Positions 18,316 through 27,407 of a stretch of 34,742 bases of DNA are shown here, one piece after another. Made by a program: the position numbers and the translations under genes. This DNA is from an uncultured Bacilli bacterium (lineage in GTDB: Bacteria > Bacillota_I > Bacilli_A > RF39 > UBA660), in assembly GCA_947631365.1 (NCBI GenBank), contig CANRLB010000001.1, positions 1 through 34,742 of the forward strand. The letters are read 5' to 3'. Numbering within the stretch: position 1 is the stretch's first letter; every line of letters begins with the position of its first letter. Below the pieces are notes generated by a model, which was not told the DNA's origin, searched no databases, and was given only the letters and a program-made list of their open reading frames with translations.

Positions 18316-19047
18316 TTAAAGTAATTTGAGTAATTTTTTCCATGTTTTATTTTGTTTGGTAATAACACCATCAACCACACAATTATTATCTTTTTGAAAT
18401 TGTTTGATAGCTTTAGTAAACTTAGGACCTGCTATGCCATCAACAGCTCCCACTTCACTATAGCCTAAGGCATTTAAATAAGATTGAAGGTATTTTACTA
18501 CTTGATGTTTACGATTGGCTTTGGCAGAAATAGTTATTGTTTTACTTAAAGTCTCAGGGCCCGCTATACCATCTACTTGGGCACCAAAGGAAGTTTGAAC
18601 CCCCATTACAAAATCGCGGAAATAATCGGAATTAAAATTTAGTTTACCTTGGAGGTATGGAAGAGGGTCTAAAGCATTTCTTTTAGTATCATAAACTGCA
18701 AAGTGTAAATGAGCACCAGTTGAATTACCTGTATTACCCATTGTACCAATTAGCTGTCCTTTAATTATAACATCTTTTTTCTTAACTTTAACTGTCCCTT
18801 TTTTCATATGTAAATATCTAGAGATTAAATTATTATCATGTTTTATTTCAACGTAATAACCAGCTGTTTTGGAATAACCTGAGTAAGAAACTACTCCATT
18901 ATCAATCGCAATTATTTCATCAACGGCCTTACCTTTACCAATCATATCCATGCCATTATGACTGTTTTTTTCTCTCGTTTTATAATCTTGGGTTAAATAA
19001 TGGACACCTTTTTTTAAAACAGGATTCTTAACTTCAATAATCTTCAT
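18316..19047 (-). CDS. M23 (LytM-type) metallopeptidase with two C-terminal PG_binding_1 repeats and no signal peptide
   Basis: HNGMDM (HxxxD) and GNTGNSTGAHLHF (HxH) motifs. The PG-binding repeats are VDGIAGPETLSKTI and VDGIAGPKFTKAIKQFQ. The N-terminus MKIIEVKNPVLKKG is hydrophilic. Confidence 0.85.
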   Translation of the reverse strand: MKIIEVKNPVLKKGVHYLTQDYKTREKNSHNGMDMIGKGKAVDEIIAIDNGVVSYSGYSKTAGYYVEIKHDNNLISRYLHMKKGTVKVKKKDVIIKGQLIGTMGNTGNSTGAHLHFAVYDTKRNALDPLPYLQGKLNFNSDYFRDFVMGVQTSFGAQVDGIAGPETLSKTITISAKANRKHQVVKYLQSYLNALGYSEVGAVDGIAGPKFTKAIKQFQKDNNCVVDGVITKQNKTWKKLLKLL

Positions 19048-19111
19048 AAAAAATCCCCTTCACTGATAAGATATGCGAAATATCTTAAAGCGAAAGGGCT
19101 AATTAACTATC

Positions 19112-20269
19112 TTAGGCAAATTTAACTGCAGCATAAACTAAAAAGGCCGCTAAAATGATATAAACTATTAAACCATTAATAAGCTCTGATTTATTACTTT
19201 TATATTTAATACCTACAATCATGGTAGCTAAGTATCCCCCAATTAAACCACCAATATGGGCAGCATTATCAATACCTGATATTGTAAATCCTAAAATAAG
19301 ATTAATAATTATAATAGGAATAATTTGACTAGTTAAAGCGTTAGATAAGTAAAGACGATAATGATAACCAAAGTATAAAAGAGAACCCATTAAACCAAAG
19401 ATAGCCCCAGAAGCTCCGATAGACAAACTATATTCACCTAAGAAAACCATACTCATTAAATTACCCATTAAAGCACTAAGTAAATAAATAATTAAAAATT
19501 TCCAGCGGCCAATATAATTTTCTACTTGACTACCAATAATCCATAAAGAATACATATTAACAATTAAATGAATTAAATTGCCATGAAGAAAAGATGCGGC
19601 AATTAAACGAAATACTTCACCATTTAAGACTAATCCTCGATTATTTGCACCAAGTATTACTAAAGCATTATCAAATGAATCACTAACAAATAAAGAAACG
19701 ATATACATAATTAAACATAACGCAATTAAAATTTTCGTTACAATTATTTTTTTGGGTTTAAAGACTTGTTCATATTTTTTATTTTCTTTTTCTGTCTTAC
19801 TATTAATATCATCAGTTATATGAATAATTTCTTCAAAACTTTTTAAACTTTCATTACTTTTAAAAATCATATTTTTAATTTTAGGAAATAATTCTTTCAT
19901 AACTTTATTTTTCTTTAATTCACTAATACTTGGAATATTTAATGTTTGAATATTATTTGGACTATCATCTAATTTAACAGAATTTCCCATATCTAAACAT
20001 ATATTTAAAACATTCATTTTAAATGATAAAGTTTTTTTCTTTATTTGTTTTATAACAAAATTCATTTTAAATAAATCAAGATCTAATTGTTCATTATTAT
20101 GAATATACTTAGAATTGATTCTAATTATTTTATAAGGGCCATTTAAATTTTCAAGCCATATTTCATCTTTAGCTCCTTGAACATTAATTGGTGTATAATC
20201 TTCTTCTGTGACAAAATAATGCACAAGTTTCATAATCATTTCATCTTTTTCATTTACTATTGCGTTCAT
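19112..20269 (-). CDS. gluP: Rhomboid intramembrane serine protease, GluP/YqgP-like
   Basis: GASGAIFG serine motif and AHIGGLIGG histidine motif. The N-terminal cytosolic domain with DEIWLEN resembles B. subtilis YqgP. Start placed at the ATG at 20269 (AAAGGAG SD), whereas the ORF track starts at 20284. Confidence 0.85.
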   Translation of the reverse strand: MNAIVNEKDEMIMKLVHYFVTEEDYTPINVQGAKDEIWLENLNGPYKIIRINSKYIHNNEQLDLDLFKMNFVIKQIKKKTLSFKMNVLNICLDMGNSVKLDDSPNNIQTLNIPSISELKKNKVMKELFPKIKNMIFKSNESLKSFEEIIHITDDINSKTEKENKKYEQVFKPKKIIVTKILIALCLIMYIVSLFVSDSFDNALVILGANNRGLVLNGEVFRLIAASFLHGNLIHLIVNMYSLWIIGSQVENYIGRWKFLIIYLLSALMGNLMSMVFLGEYSLSIGASGAIFGLMGSLLYFGYHYRLYLSNALTSQIIPIIIINLILGFTISGIDNAAHIGGLIGGYLATMIVGIKYKSNKSELINGLIVYIILAAFLVYAAVKFA

Positions 20270-20326
20270 AAGTGCTCCTTTCATATTATTCTACCCTATT
20301 TCATAATATTAGTAAAGGGTGATGCA

Positions 20327-20647
20327 ATGAATATATTTTTTCTTATTTATGTAGCGGTAATTATTTATATTACCATACCAATTTGTAAAATAGTTTGGCA
20401 AGAATTACTTGATCGTAAATTAACACTATTATTATGTACTAATTACGTTTTGATTTTTCTTTTAACTATCTTTTGTACTTATCAAAATTATTTGATTTAC
20501 AATATTTTACTTAGTTTGACACTTATTATTTTTTCATTCTTATTAGTAAGAAAGCTTAAAAGTACTTTAGGTTCTTATCAAATTCTTAGTTTACCTTATT
20601 TTTTCTTAACTGTATTTATTTTCAGTAATCTTTTAGTACTCATCTAA
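20327..20647 (+). CDS. 106-aa hydrophobic membrane protein (3-4 TM), uncharacterised
   Basis: AAGGGTGA SD before the ATG at 20327. The upstream part of the ORF-track entry (20177-20326) is antisense to the rhomboid gene. Confidence 0.45.
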   Translation: MNIFFLIYVAVIIYITIPICKIVWQELLDRKLTLLLCTNYVLIFLLTIFCTYQNYLIYNILLSLTLIIFSFLLVRKLKSTLGSYQILSLPYFFLTVFIFSNLLVLI

Positions 20648-21520
20648 AGCGTCAAGAAATTTTTGAAATTCTTCAGGAATTTGACTATCAAATTCCATTT
20701 TTTGCTTAGTTATAGGATGAATAAATTCAAGATGACGAGAATGTAAAAATTGCCCAAATGGGGTGGTTTTTTTATTTTGGTAAACAGGATCATTATAAAT
20801 TGGATAACCAATATAAGATAGATGAACTCTTATTTGATGAGTTCTACCCGTTTCTAAAACTAAACTCACTAAAGTATAACCTTTATATCTTTTTAAAACT
20901 TTTAAATGGGTTTTAGCTACTTTGCCATTCGGAGTAACTTCCATTTTATTAAAATTTTTTTTACTTCTCCCAATGGGAGCATCAATAAAAGCTGTATTAC
21001 TCGGAAAATTACCAATTAATAAAGCAACATATTCCCGATGAACTCTTTTATTTTTAAAATCATCAGCTAAGACTTGATGAGCTTCATTACTTTTAGCTAC
21101 AAGCATTAAACCCGATGTATCTTTATCAAGTCTATGAACTATTCCTACTCTTTCCTCTCCCCCAATATCACTCAAATTATCAGTATAATATTTAAGACCA
21201 TTTACTAAGGTATTATCATAATGACCATTACCTGGATGAACTACTAGGCCACTAGGTTTATCAATAACCATTATATCATCATCTTCATAAACAATATTAA
21301 GATCTATTGGAGTTGGTGTTATATCATCATGGATTTTATAACTATCATCTATTAAAATTAAATCATTTTCTTTAACATGATAACTAGGTTTAACTTCCCT
21401 TTCATTAACTAAAATATAACCTTCTTTTAACATTTTAGTAATTAATTCTCGACTATAATCTGTTTTTTCGCTTAAATATTTATCGATTCTTATATCATTA
21501 CTATCTACTACTAAATTCAA
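20633..21520 (-). CDS. rluD: 23S rRNA pseudouridine synthase, RluA family (RluD-type, S4 domain)
   Basis: N-terminal S4 domain and the HRLDKDTSGLMLVAK catalytic motif. TTG start overlaps the lspA stop. Confidence 0.9.
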   Translation of the reverse strand: MNLVVDSNDIRIDKYLSEKTDYSRELITKMLKEGYILVNEREVKPSYHVKENDLILIDDSYKIHDDITPTPIDLNIVYEDDDIMVIDKPSGLVVHPGNGHYDNTLVNGLKYYTDNLSDIGGEERVGIVHRLDKDTSGLMLVAKSNEAHQVLADDFKNKRVHREYVALLIGNFPSNTAFIDAPIGRSKKNFNKMEVTPNGKVAKTHLKVLKRYKGYTLVSLVLETGRTHQIRVHLSYIGYPIYNDPVYQNKKTTPFGQFLHSRHLEFIHPITKQKMEFDSQIPEEFQKFLDALDEY

Positions 21521-21981
21521 TTTTCATCTTCCTTTTTTATAATGGCTATCATAAGTAAGAAAATACCTAAAACTATACAAATATCGGCAATGTTAAAGAC
21601 GGGAAAATCATAGCCGAATATTTTAAAATCTAAAAAATCAATAACATAGTCATATACTAAGCGATTAATTAAATTACCAAATATCCCGCCATATAATAGA
21701 CCAAAAGCTAAAATATTTTTCTTATTTTCCTGAAATTTTCTTTGATACAAGAATAAAATAATAAGCATGATAATGGTAATAATAATTAAGAAGATTTGAT
21801 GCCCAGACAAAAAACTCCAAGAAGCACCATAATTAAATACTTTAGTTAAATAAAAGAAATTTTTAATTACTTCAATGCTTTTAGTTAACTCTAATTTAAA
21901 GTCCACAATTAATTTCGTTATCAAATCTATTATAAAAATAATGATAGAAATTAAAAGAATTTTTTTCTTCATAGGAATCAC
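21517..21981 (-). CDS. lspA: Lipoprotein signal peptidase II
   Basis: NYGASWSF and FNIADICI motifs, 4 TM, conserved lspA-rluD pairing. Confidence 0.9.
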   Translation of the reverse strand: MIPMKKKILLISIIIFIIDLITKLIVDFKLELTKSIEVIKNFFYLTKVFNYGASWSFLSGHQIFLIIITIIMLIILFLYQRKFQENKKNILAFGLLYGGIFGNLINRLVYDYVIDFLDFKIFGYDFPVFNIADICIVLGIFLLMIAIIKKEDEN

Positions 21982-22021
21982 TTTATAATTATAACACGTT
22001 AAGAAAAGAGGTGCAAATTCT

Positions 22022-23545
22022 TTAAGATATTAAAGAACTCTCATATTCTTTAAAGGCATTTTTGACACATTTGGCATCAGTTTTATAAGGAATATTTTTA
22101 GTACCATATTTTTGAATTTTCTCATTACCTTTACCCGCAACTAAAATTATACTATCAGGATTATTTAAGATAGCTTTTTTAATAGCTTCTTCCCTATCGG
22201 GAATTATTTCATATAAACCATTACTTTTTTCAATATAAAAAGCTATTTCTTTACATATTTGATTAACATCTTCTAATCCCGGATCATCAGTTGTAAGATA
22301 AGTATATGATGAATTTTTACCAGCTAGTAAGCCTAAATCACGGCGACGATTTTCAGCTTTATTACCTGGGCAGCCAAAAACAGTAACAATTTTTTTATTA
22401 GGATATTCTTCTTTAACTGATTTATATAATTTTTCAAAACTTAATTTATTATGAGCATAATCAACTATCACAATTACTTTATTATCTTTAGTAATATATG
22501 ATTCCATTCTTCCTTTTACTTTAGCAGTCTTTAAACCATTATAAATATTTTTATATGGTATATGCATAAATTCAGCAATGGAAATAGCAGCTAAAGCATT
22601 TTCAACATTAAATAAGCCGGGCATTGATAAAATAATTTCATTCTCAAATGAAGGAGTTCTTACCATAAATTTAATTGTATTTAAATTTAATTTTTTTATA
22701 TTATAGGCATAAATATCAGCCATTTTATTTTTAGTACTAAATGTTATGATATTTTTAACTTCTTTTGATGCTTCTAATACTTCTGGAAGCCTATCTGTAT
22801 CTAAATTAAGGCAAAGATTTTTAACTTGTTTAAATAAAGCTAATTTAGAATAAAAATAATCATTATAGTCTTGATGTTCTACTTTACTTATATGATCTTC
22901 TGATATATTTAAAAAAACACCAATATTATAATTAATACCATAAATTCTTTTAAATTTAATAGCTTGACTACTAGCTTCCATGATAAAGTTTTCAATACCC
23001 GAAATAGAGGCATTATAAAAAGATTTTTGGAGCATTAAAGATTCAGGACAAGTAATGATAGCATCTTCTTTAATTATACCATCATAAACATCAATAGATG
23101 ATGCAATAGCAGTTTTAGGTTTATTTAAATCTTTCATATAATCATCTAAAATGCTCTTAATGTAATTAGCTGTTGTTGATTTACCTTTAGTACCTGTAAT
23201 AGCGATTGTATTTAAATTTTTTGAAGGATTATTATAATATAATATAGAAATTATAGATAAAGATGCTCTAATATCACTAACTATAATATGAGGATAATCT
23301 TCTTTACTTACCATATCCTCTTCAGCCATATAACATAAAATACCTTTTTTAATCGCTTCTTCTAAATAATTAGGTTTATATTTTATTCCTTTACAAACAA
23401 ATAAAGTATTTTCTTTAATATCTTTAGAATTATAACTTATATTTAAAACATCTTCATTTTTAATATTTTCGGGAATATATGAAGAAATTAATAAATTTTC
23501 TTTTTTTAAGATTTTTAAATAATCTTTTATTTGATAAATTTTCAT
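22022..23545 (-). CDS. murE: MurE-family UDP-MurNAc-L-Ala-D-Glu:diamino-acid ligase
   Basis: P-loop TGTKGKSTT and DYAHN motifs, typical Mur ligase length. The specificity motif reads DDPG rather than DNPR. Confidence 0.8.
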   Translation of the reverse strand: MKIYQIKDYLKILKKENLLISSYIPENIKNEDVLNISYNSKDIKENTLFVCKGIKYKPNYLEEAIKKGILCYMAEEDMVSKEDYPHIIVSDIRASLSIISILYYNNPSKNLNTIAITGTKGKSTTANYIKSILDDYMKDLNKPKTAIASSIDVYDGIIKEDAIITCPESLMLQKSFYNASISGIENFIMEASSQAIKFKRIYGINYNIGVFLNISEDHISKVEHQDYNDYFYSKLALFKQVKNLCLNLDTDRLPEVLEASKEVKNIITFSTKNKMADIYAYNIKKLNLNTIKFMVRTPSFENEIILSMPGLFNVENALAAISIAEFMHIPYKNIYNGLKTAKVKGRMESYITKDNKVIVIVDYAHNKLSFEKLYKSVKEEYPNKKIVTVFGCPGNKAENRRRDLGLLAGKNSSYTYLTTDDPGLEDVNQICKEIAFYIEKSNGLYEIIPDREEAIKKAILNNPDSIILVAGKGNEKIQKYGTKNIPYKTDAKCVKNAFKEYESSLIS

Positions 23546-23567
23546 ATCTCACTTCTTTTCATTTATA

Positions 23568-23596
23568 ATTATAATAAAGTATTAGATATAAGTCAA
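23568..23596 (-). promoter_or_regulatory. Near-consensus sigma-A promoter for murE (TTGACT-17-TATAAT)
   Basis: -35 at 23591-23596 and -10 at 23568-23573 on the minus strand. Confidence 0.5.
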
Positions 23597-23599
23597 AGT

Positions 23600-23824
23600 T
23601 TAACTTAAGTCAACTAAAATAACATCTTCACCAATTTTTTTAATTTTCTCAAAATCAAAAGAAACATCACCACCACGGGTTACTTTACGCATTAATTTTC
23701 TTTGTTCAGAAACAAAATAAAGGATTTTCCCGGTAGCATCAATTTTAGCATCAATTATCCGACCTAAGTTATTACCATCTTTTAAGTTAATAATATCTTT
23801 CGTTTGTAAATCACTTAGTAACAA
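23600..23824 (-). CDS. ylmC: YlmC/YmxH family sporulation protein (PRC-barrel)
   Basis: SDLQTKDIINLKDGNNLGRIIDAKID...IGEDVILV matches the YlmC pattern. The TTG at 23824 lies 5 nt after an AGGTGG SD. The ORF-track GTG at 23833 lies inside that SD. Confidence 0.8.
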   Translation of the reverse strand: MLLSDLQTKDIINLKDGNNLGRIIDAKIDATGKILYFVSEQRKLMRKVTRGGDVSFDFEKIKKIGEDVILVDLS

Positions 23825-23857
23825 TTTTACCACCTAATAAATTATATGGCAAAACTA

Positions 23858-23944
23858 TTATTTTATAAGTAACCTTCTTTCAGCATTTTCAAGATAATTG
23901 TTAATAGTTCCCCAGTAACCAGGAACTACTCGATAAACTAACAT
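23858..23944 (-). CDS. Possible 28-aa small ORF between sigG and ylmC
   Basis: Strong AAGGGGG SD 5 nt before the ATG at 23944. MLVYRVVPGYWGTINNYLENAERRLLIK. No homology judgement is possible. Confidence 0.25.
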   Translation of the reverse strand: MLVYRVVPGYWGTINNYLENAERRLLIK

Positions 23945-24001
23945 AATTACCCCCTTTTCTAATAGTTATTATTTTATCAAAAATAAAACTCACGTCAATG
24001 A

Positions 24002-24778
24002 TTATTTAATTAATTTTCTAACATTTTCAATAGCGCTTTTTTCAATTCTTGAGACTTGAGCTTGACTAATTCCCATATAATCAGCAATTTCCATTTGGGT
24101 TTTTCCAACAATAAACCGAGAAATTAAAATTTCTTTTTCACGAGTCTTGATTTTTTGTAAAGCTTTTCTTAAAGAAATAAGCATATCTTTATCACTAGAT
24201 AATTCTTTAGTATCAGCAATTTGATCAGATAAATAAATAGTATCTCCACCATCATTATAAATTGGTTCAAAAATACTCATAGGATCTTTTAAAGAATCTA
24301 GAGCATAAGCTATTTCATATTCTTCAATATCAAGTTTCTTAGCTATTTCTTCACTAGTTGGCATAGTTCCATGAAGACTTTGATATTCATCTTGAAAACG
24401 CATTATTTTGTAAGCTAAATCTTTAATACTACGACTAACCCTTACTTCGGTATTATCTCTTATATATCTTTTTACTTCTCCTAAAATAAGAGGAACAGCA
24501 TAGGTTGATAAGCGAAGACCTAAGGTACTATCAAAATTTTCAATGGCTTTAATAAGACCAATTACTCCGACTTGAAACAAATCATCCATATTAAATTTAT
24601 TATTATTAAATCTTTGTAAAGTTGATAAGACAAGTCTTAAATTACCATTAATAAGTTCTTCTTTTGCCGTTACATCACCTTCATGGTATCTTTTAAATAA
24701 TTTATCAGTATCTTCCTTATTTAAAACTTCTAAATCATTTGTATTAATACCGGTTATATCTACTTTATATCTTGCCAT
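24002..24778 (-). CDS. sigG: Sporulation sigma factor G
   Basis: SigF/SigG-type sequence (GNLRLVLS, TYAVPLILGEVKRYIRD, ISQAQVSRIEK) in the conserved position after sigE. Confidence 0.9.
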   Translation of the reverse strand: MARYKVDITGINTNDLEVLNKEDTDKLFKRYHEGDVTAKEELINGNLRLVLSTLQRFNNNKFNMDDLFQVGVIGLIKAIENFDSTLGLRLSTYAVPLILGEVKRYIRDNTEVRVSRSIKDLAYKIMRFQDEYQSLHGTMPTSEEIAKKLDIEEYEIAYALDSLKDPMSIFEPIYNDGGDTIYLSDQIADTKELSSDKDMLISLRKALQKIKTREKEILISRFIVGKTQMEIADYMGISQAQVSRIEKSAIENVRKLIK

Positions 24779-24797
24779 AATTTCTACCTTTCAAATA

Positions 24798-24827
24798 AAT
24801 TATGGCAATTTTTTTAAATTTTTATAC
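24798..24827 (-). promoter_or_regulatory. Candidate forespore-type (sigma-F/G-like) promoter upstream of sigG
   Basis: GTATA (24823-24827), an 18-nt spacer, then CATAATT (24798-24804) on the minus strand. The match to the consensus is approximate. Confidence 0.3.
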
Positions 24828-24843
24828 AAAAGAAAAAAGACTA

Positions 24844-25527
24844 TCAAATTTTCATAATATTTTGAAGTCTTTTAATAATCTTTTTTTCAATCCTAGAAAT
24901 ATACGATTGACTTATACCAAGCATTTCCGCTACTTCTTTTTGAGTATATTCTTCACTATTATTAAGGCCATATCTTAAAGTCATAATTTCTTTTTCTCTT
25001 GGATCTAGAGTATCGATTTCTTTTTTTAAAAGTTCTTTATCTAAAACATTTTCAAATTCTTTTGGAACAGTATCTTCATCAGTTCCTAAGATATCTTCAA
25101 GCCTTAGTTCATTACCCTCAGCATCATAATTTAATGTTTCTTCTAGACTAACTTCTGCTTTTTTACGTTTATTTTTTCTTAAAAACATTAATATTTCATT
25201 AGCAATACATCTAGATGCATAGGTAGCTAGTTTAATATTTTTATCAATTTTATAGGTAGTAATTCCTTTAATTAAGCCAATGGAACCAATAGACACTAAA
25301 TCTTCAATATCAAAGCCAGTATTTTCATATTTTTTAGCTAAAAAAACTACTAAACGTAAATTATGCTCTATTAAGATGTTGCGGGCTTCAAGATCACCTT
25401 GTTTAGATTTAATTAAATATTCTAGTTCTTGTTCTTTAGGAAGAGGTGGTGGTAATTTATCGGTAGCTCCCACAAAGAAACATTCACTATACTTCTTTTT
25501 TAAATATAAAAATAATTTTTTAAACAT
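24844..25527 (-). CDS. sigE: Pro-sigma-E sporulation sigma factor
   Basis: Pro-sequence followed by the LPPPLPKEQE signature. ATG overlaps the spoIIGA stop (TAATG). Confidence 0.92.
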   Translation of the reverse strand: MFKKLFLYLKKKYSECFFVGATDKLPPPLPKEQELEYLIKSKQGDLEARNILIEHNLRLVVFLAKKYENTGFDIEDLVSIGSIGLIKGITTYKIDKNIKLATYASRCIANEILMFLRKNKRKKAEVSLEETLNYDAEGNELRLEDILGTDEDTVPKEFENVLDKELLKKEIDTLDPREKEIMTLRYGLNNSEEYTQKEVAEMLGISQSYISRIEKKIIKRLQNIMKI

Positions 25528-26273
25528 TATTCCTCCAATAAATGATAATTAAGTAAACAATCAATATCAGAACTATTAAAAGTATCAGATAATCCTAATA
25601 AATAATTGGTATATACTCTATTATCTATCTTAATATTTTTAATACTAATACATGGAAGCAAACTATTCTTATTAACAGTTTTAATGGGCACATACATTGG
25701 ACTTCTAATATTATATATGCCCTTAACTAATTTTTTATTTATTAAAATAATATATTTACCAGTTATAGGGTCTTTTAACTTATTACCACTATCAATAAAA
25801 CCATTTAAATTTAATTCTTGATTATTTTTAAAAGTTATAATAACATTACGATAATAATTAACTACTTTTTTAAGATTTTTTTGTTCTTTAAGATATAAAT
25901 AGAGAATTAAAGGAGCAATTAATAAACTAATAATATAACATAAATTATTAAATTCAATTTTTAAAAAATATAAGAAACCGGCTAAAATTACACTAGTCAT
26001 ATATAAATACAAACTATTATTAATAAAGTATTTAAAATTTTTATAAGAGAAAGTTACTATTAACATTATAATACCCATCAATATTTTTAAAAGTAATAGT
26101 AAATATTTATTGACAGGGATAAAAATAATAAATGTTGATAAGGCCCCAACTAAACTTCCAAAGATTAGCCTTTTAAGAGAAGTGTTTCTTTTTAAAGTTA
26201 AACTAACAGTAACTAATATTAAAAAATCATAAATAAAATTGAGTAAAAATAATAAATCAATATAAATTTTCAT
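25527..26273 (-). CDS. spoIIGA: Sigma-E processing aspartic peptidase SpoIIGA
   Basis: MKIYIDLLFLLNF N-terminus, 5 TM, GFIDSGNKLKDPITG active-site motif. Start at 26273 with a GGGTGA SD, whereas the ORF track starts at 26312. Confidence 0.88.
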   Translation of the reverse strand: MKIYIDLLFLLNFIYDFLILVTVSLTLKRNTSLKRLIFGSLVGALSTFIIFIPVNKYLLLLLKILMGIIMLIVTFSYKNFKYFINNSLYLYMTSVILAGFLYFLKIEFNNLCYIISLLIAPLILYLYLKEQKNLKKVVNYYRNVIITFKNNQELNLNGFIDSGNKLKDPITGKYIILINKKLVKGIYNIRSPMYVPIKTVNKNSLLPCISIKNIKIDNRVYTNYLLGLSDTFNSSDIDCLLNYHLLEE

Positions 26274-26296
26274 TATATCACCCAACTTTATTATAT

Positions 26297-26325
26297 AAAA
26301 AAAATACGACAAAATTTGTCGTATT
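26297..26325 (-). terminator. ftsZ intrinsic terminator (palindrome AATACGAC...GTCGTATT plus T6)
   Basis: 8-bp arms at 26303-26310 and 26318-26325, T-run at 26297-26302 on the minus strand, immediately upstream of a TATAAT at 26290-26295. Confidence 0.6.
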
Positions 26326-26336
26326 ATAGTACTTAA

Positions 26337-27395
26337 TTAAAATAAATCATTATTTCTTAAAAATGGAGGTATTTCTAAGTCATCATCAGTTGGTACCGTA
26401 GTTCTTCTTTTAGGAGCATCATCAGCGCCATAAATTTCACCTTCACTACTTTCATCAAATCCCGTAGCAATAACGGTAACAATAACTTCATCAGTTAAAT
26501 TATCATTTTTAATAGCCCCAAAGATAATGTTAATATCACTCTTAGCAGCTTCTCTAACAGTTTCTACAGCATCTTCAATTTCAAATAAGGTAAGGTTTTT
26601 ACCACCTGTAACATTAACGATAGCATTAGTAGCCCCATCAATAGTAGCTTCTAGTAAACTATTTGCAACTGCTTGTCTAGCCGCTTCAACTGCTCGGTTT
26701 TCACCAGCATTGCAACCAATACCAATAATGGCTGTACCACTTTTTTCCATAACAGCTTTAACATCAGCAAAGTCTAGGTTAATAACGCCCGTAACAGCAA
26801 TTAAATCAGAAATTGATTGAACACCGCGGTGTAAAACATTATCTACTTCTTTAAAGGCATCATCAAATGAAGTGGTTTTATCAATAATATCTCTTAATTT
26901 ATCATTTGGAATAACAATTAAGGTATCAACATGTTTTTTTAGTTCTTCAATTCCAACTAAGGCATTTTCACTTCTTCTTTTGCCTTCAAACCGGAATGGT
27001 TTCGTAACAATACCAACTGTTAAGGCTCCAAGTTCTTGAGCAATTTCCGCAATAATAGGAGCAGCACCTGTACCAGTTCCACCACCCATACCACAAGCAA
27101 CGAAAACCATATCTGCTCCTTTAAGAGCATCTTCAATTTCGCCTTTACTTTCTAAAGCAGCGGCTCTTCCTATTTCCGGATTTGCACCAGCACCTCTTCC
27201 ACCAGTAATTGATTTACCAATTTGAATTTTATTTTGGGCTTTAGAAATATTTAAAACTTGTAAGTCCGTATTAACAACATAAAATTCAACGCTTTTTACT
27301 CCTTCTTCAATCATACGATTAACGGCATTACATCCACCGCCGCCAACACCAATAACTTTTATTTTGGCAATTTGATCCATTTGTAATTCGTTCAT
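26337..27395 (-). CDS. ftsZ: Cell division GTPase FtsZ
   Basis: GGGTGTG tubulin signature and a C-terminal [11 protein letters not shown] peptide. Confidence 0.98.
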   Translation of the reverse strand: MNELQMDQIAKIKVIGVGGGGCNAVNRMIEEGVKSVEFYVVNTDLQVLNISKAQNKIQIGKSITGGRGAGANPEIGRAAALESKGEIEDALKGADMVFVACGMGGGTGTGAAPIIAEIAQELGALTVGIVTKPFRFEGKRRSENALVGIEELKKHVDTLIVIPNDKLRDIIDKTTSFDDAFKEVDNVLHRGVQSISDLIAVTGVINLDFADVKAVMEKSGTAIIGIGCNAGENRAVEAARQAVANSLLEATIDGATNAIVNVTGGKNLTLFEIEDAVETVREAAKSDINIIFGAIKNDNLTDEVIVTVIATGFDESSEGEIYGADDAPKRRTTVPTDDDLEIPPFLRNNDLF

Positions 27396-27407
27396 ATTTT
27401 CATCTCC

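Noticed and set aside
14167-19047. Prophage-remnant interpretation of the repeat protein, paralog cassette and leaderless M23 lysin region.
   Set aside because: There are no holin, structural, integrase or repressor genes, no att-like repeats and no visible compositional break. Only the leaderless lysin is phage-like. The region is kept as orphan clusters instead.
19056-19098. An SD-sequestering structure in the M23 peptidase leader. CCCTT would pair with the AAGGG of the SD around an inner AAGATAT/ATATCTT hairpin.
   Set aside because: The outer helix is only 5 bp and is separated from the inner hairpin by 7-nt unpaired loops on each side. There is no independent support.
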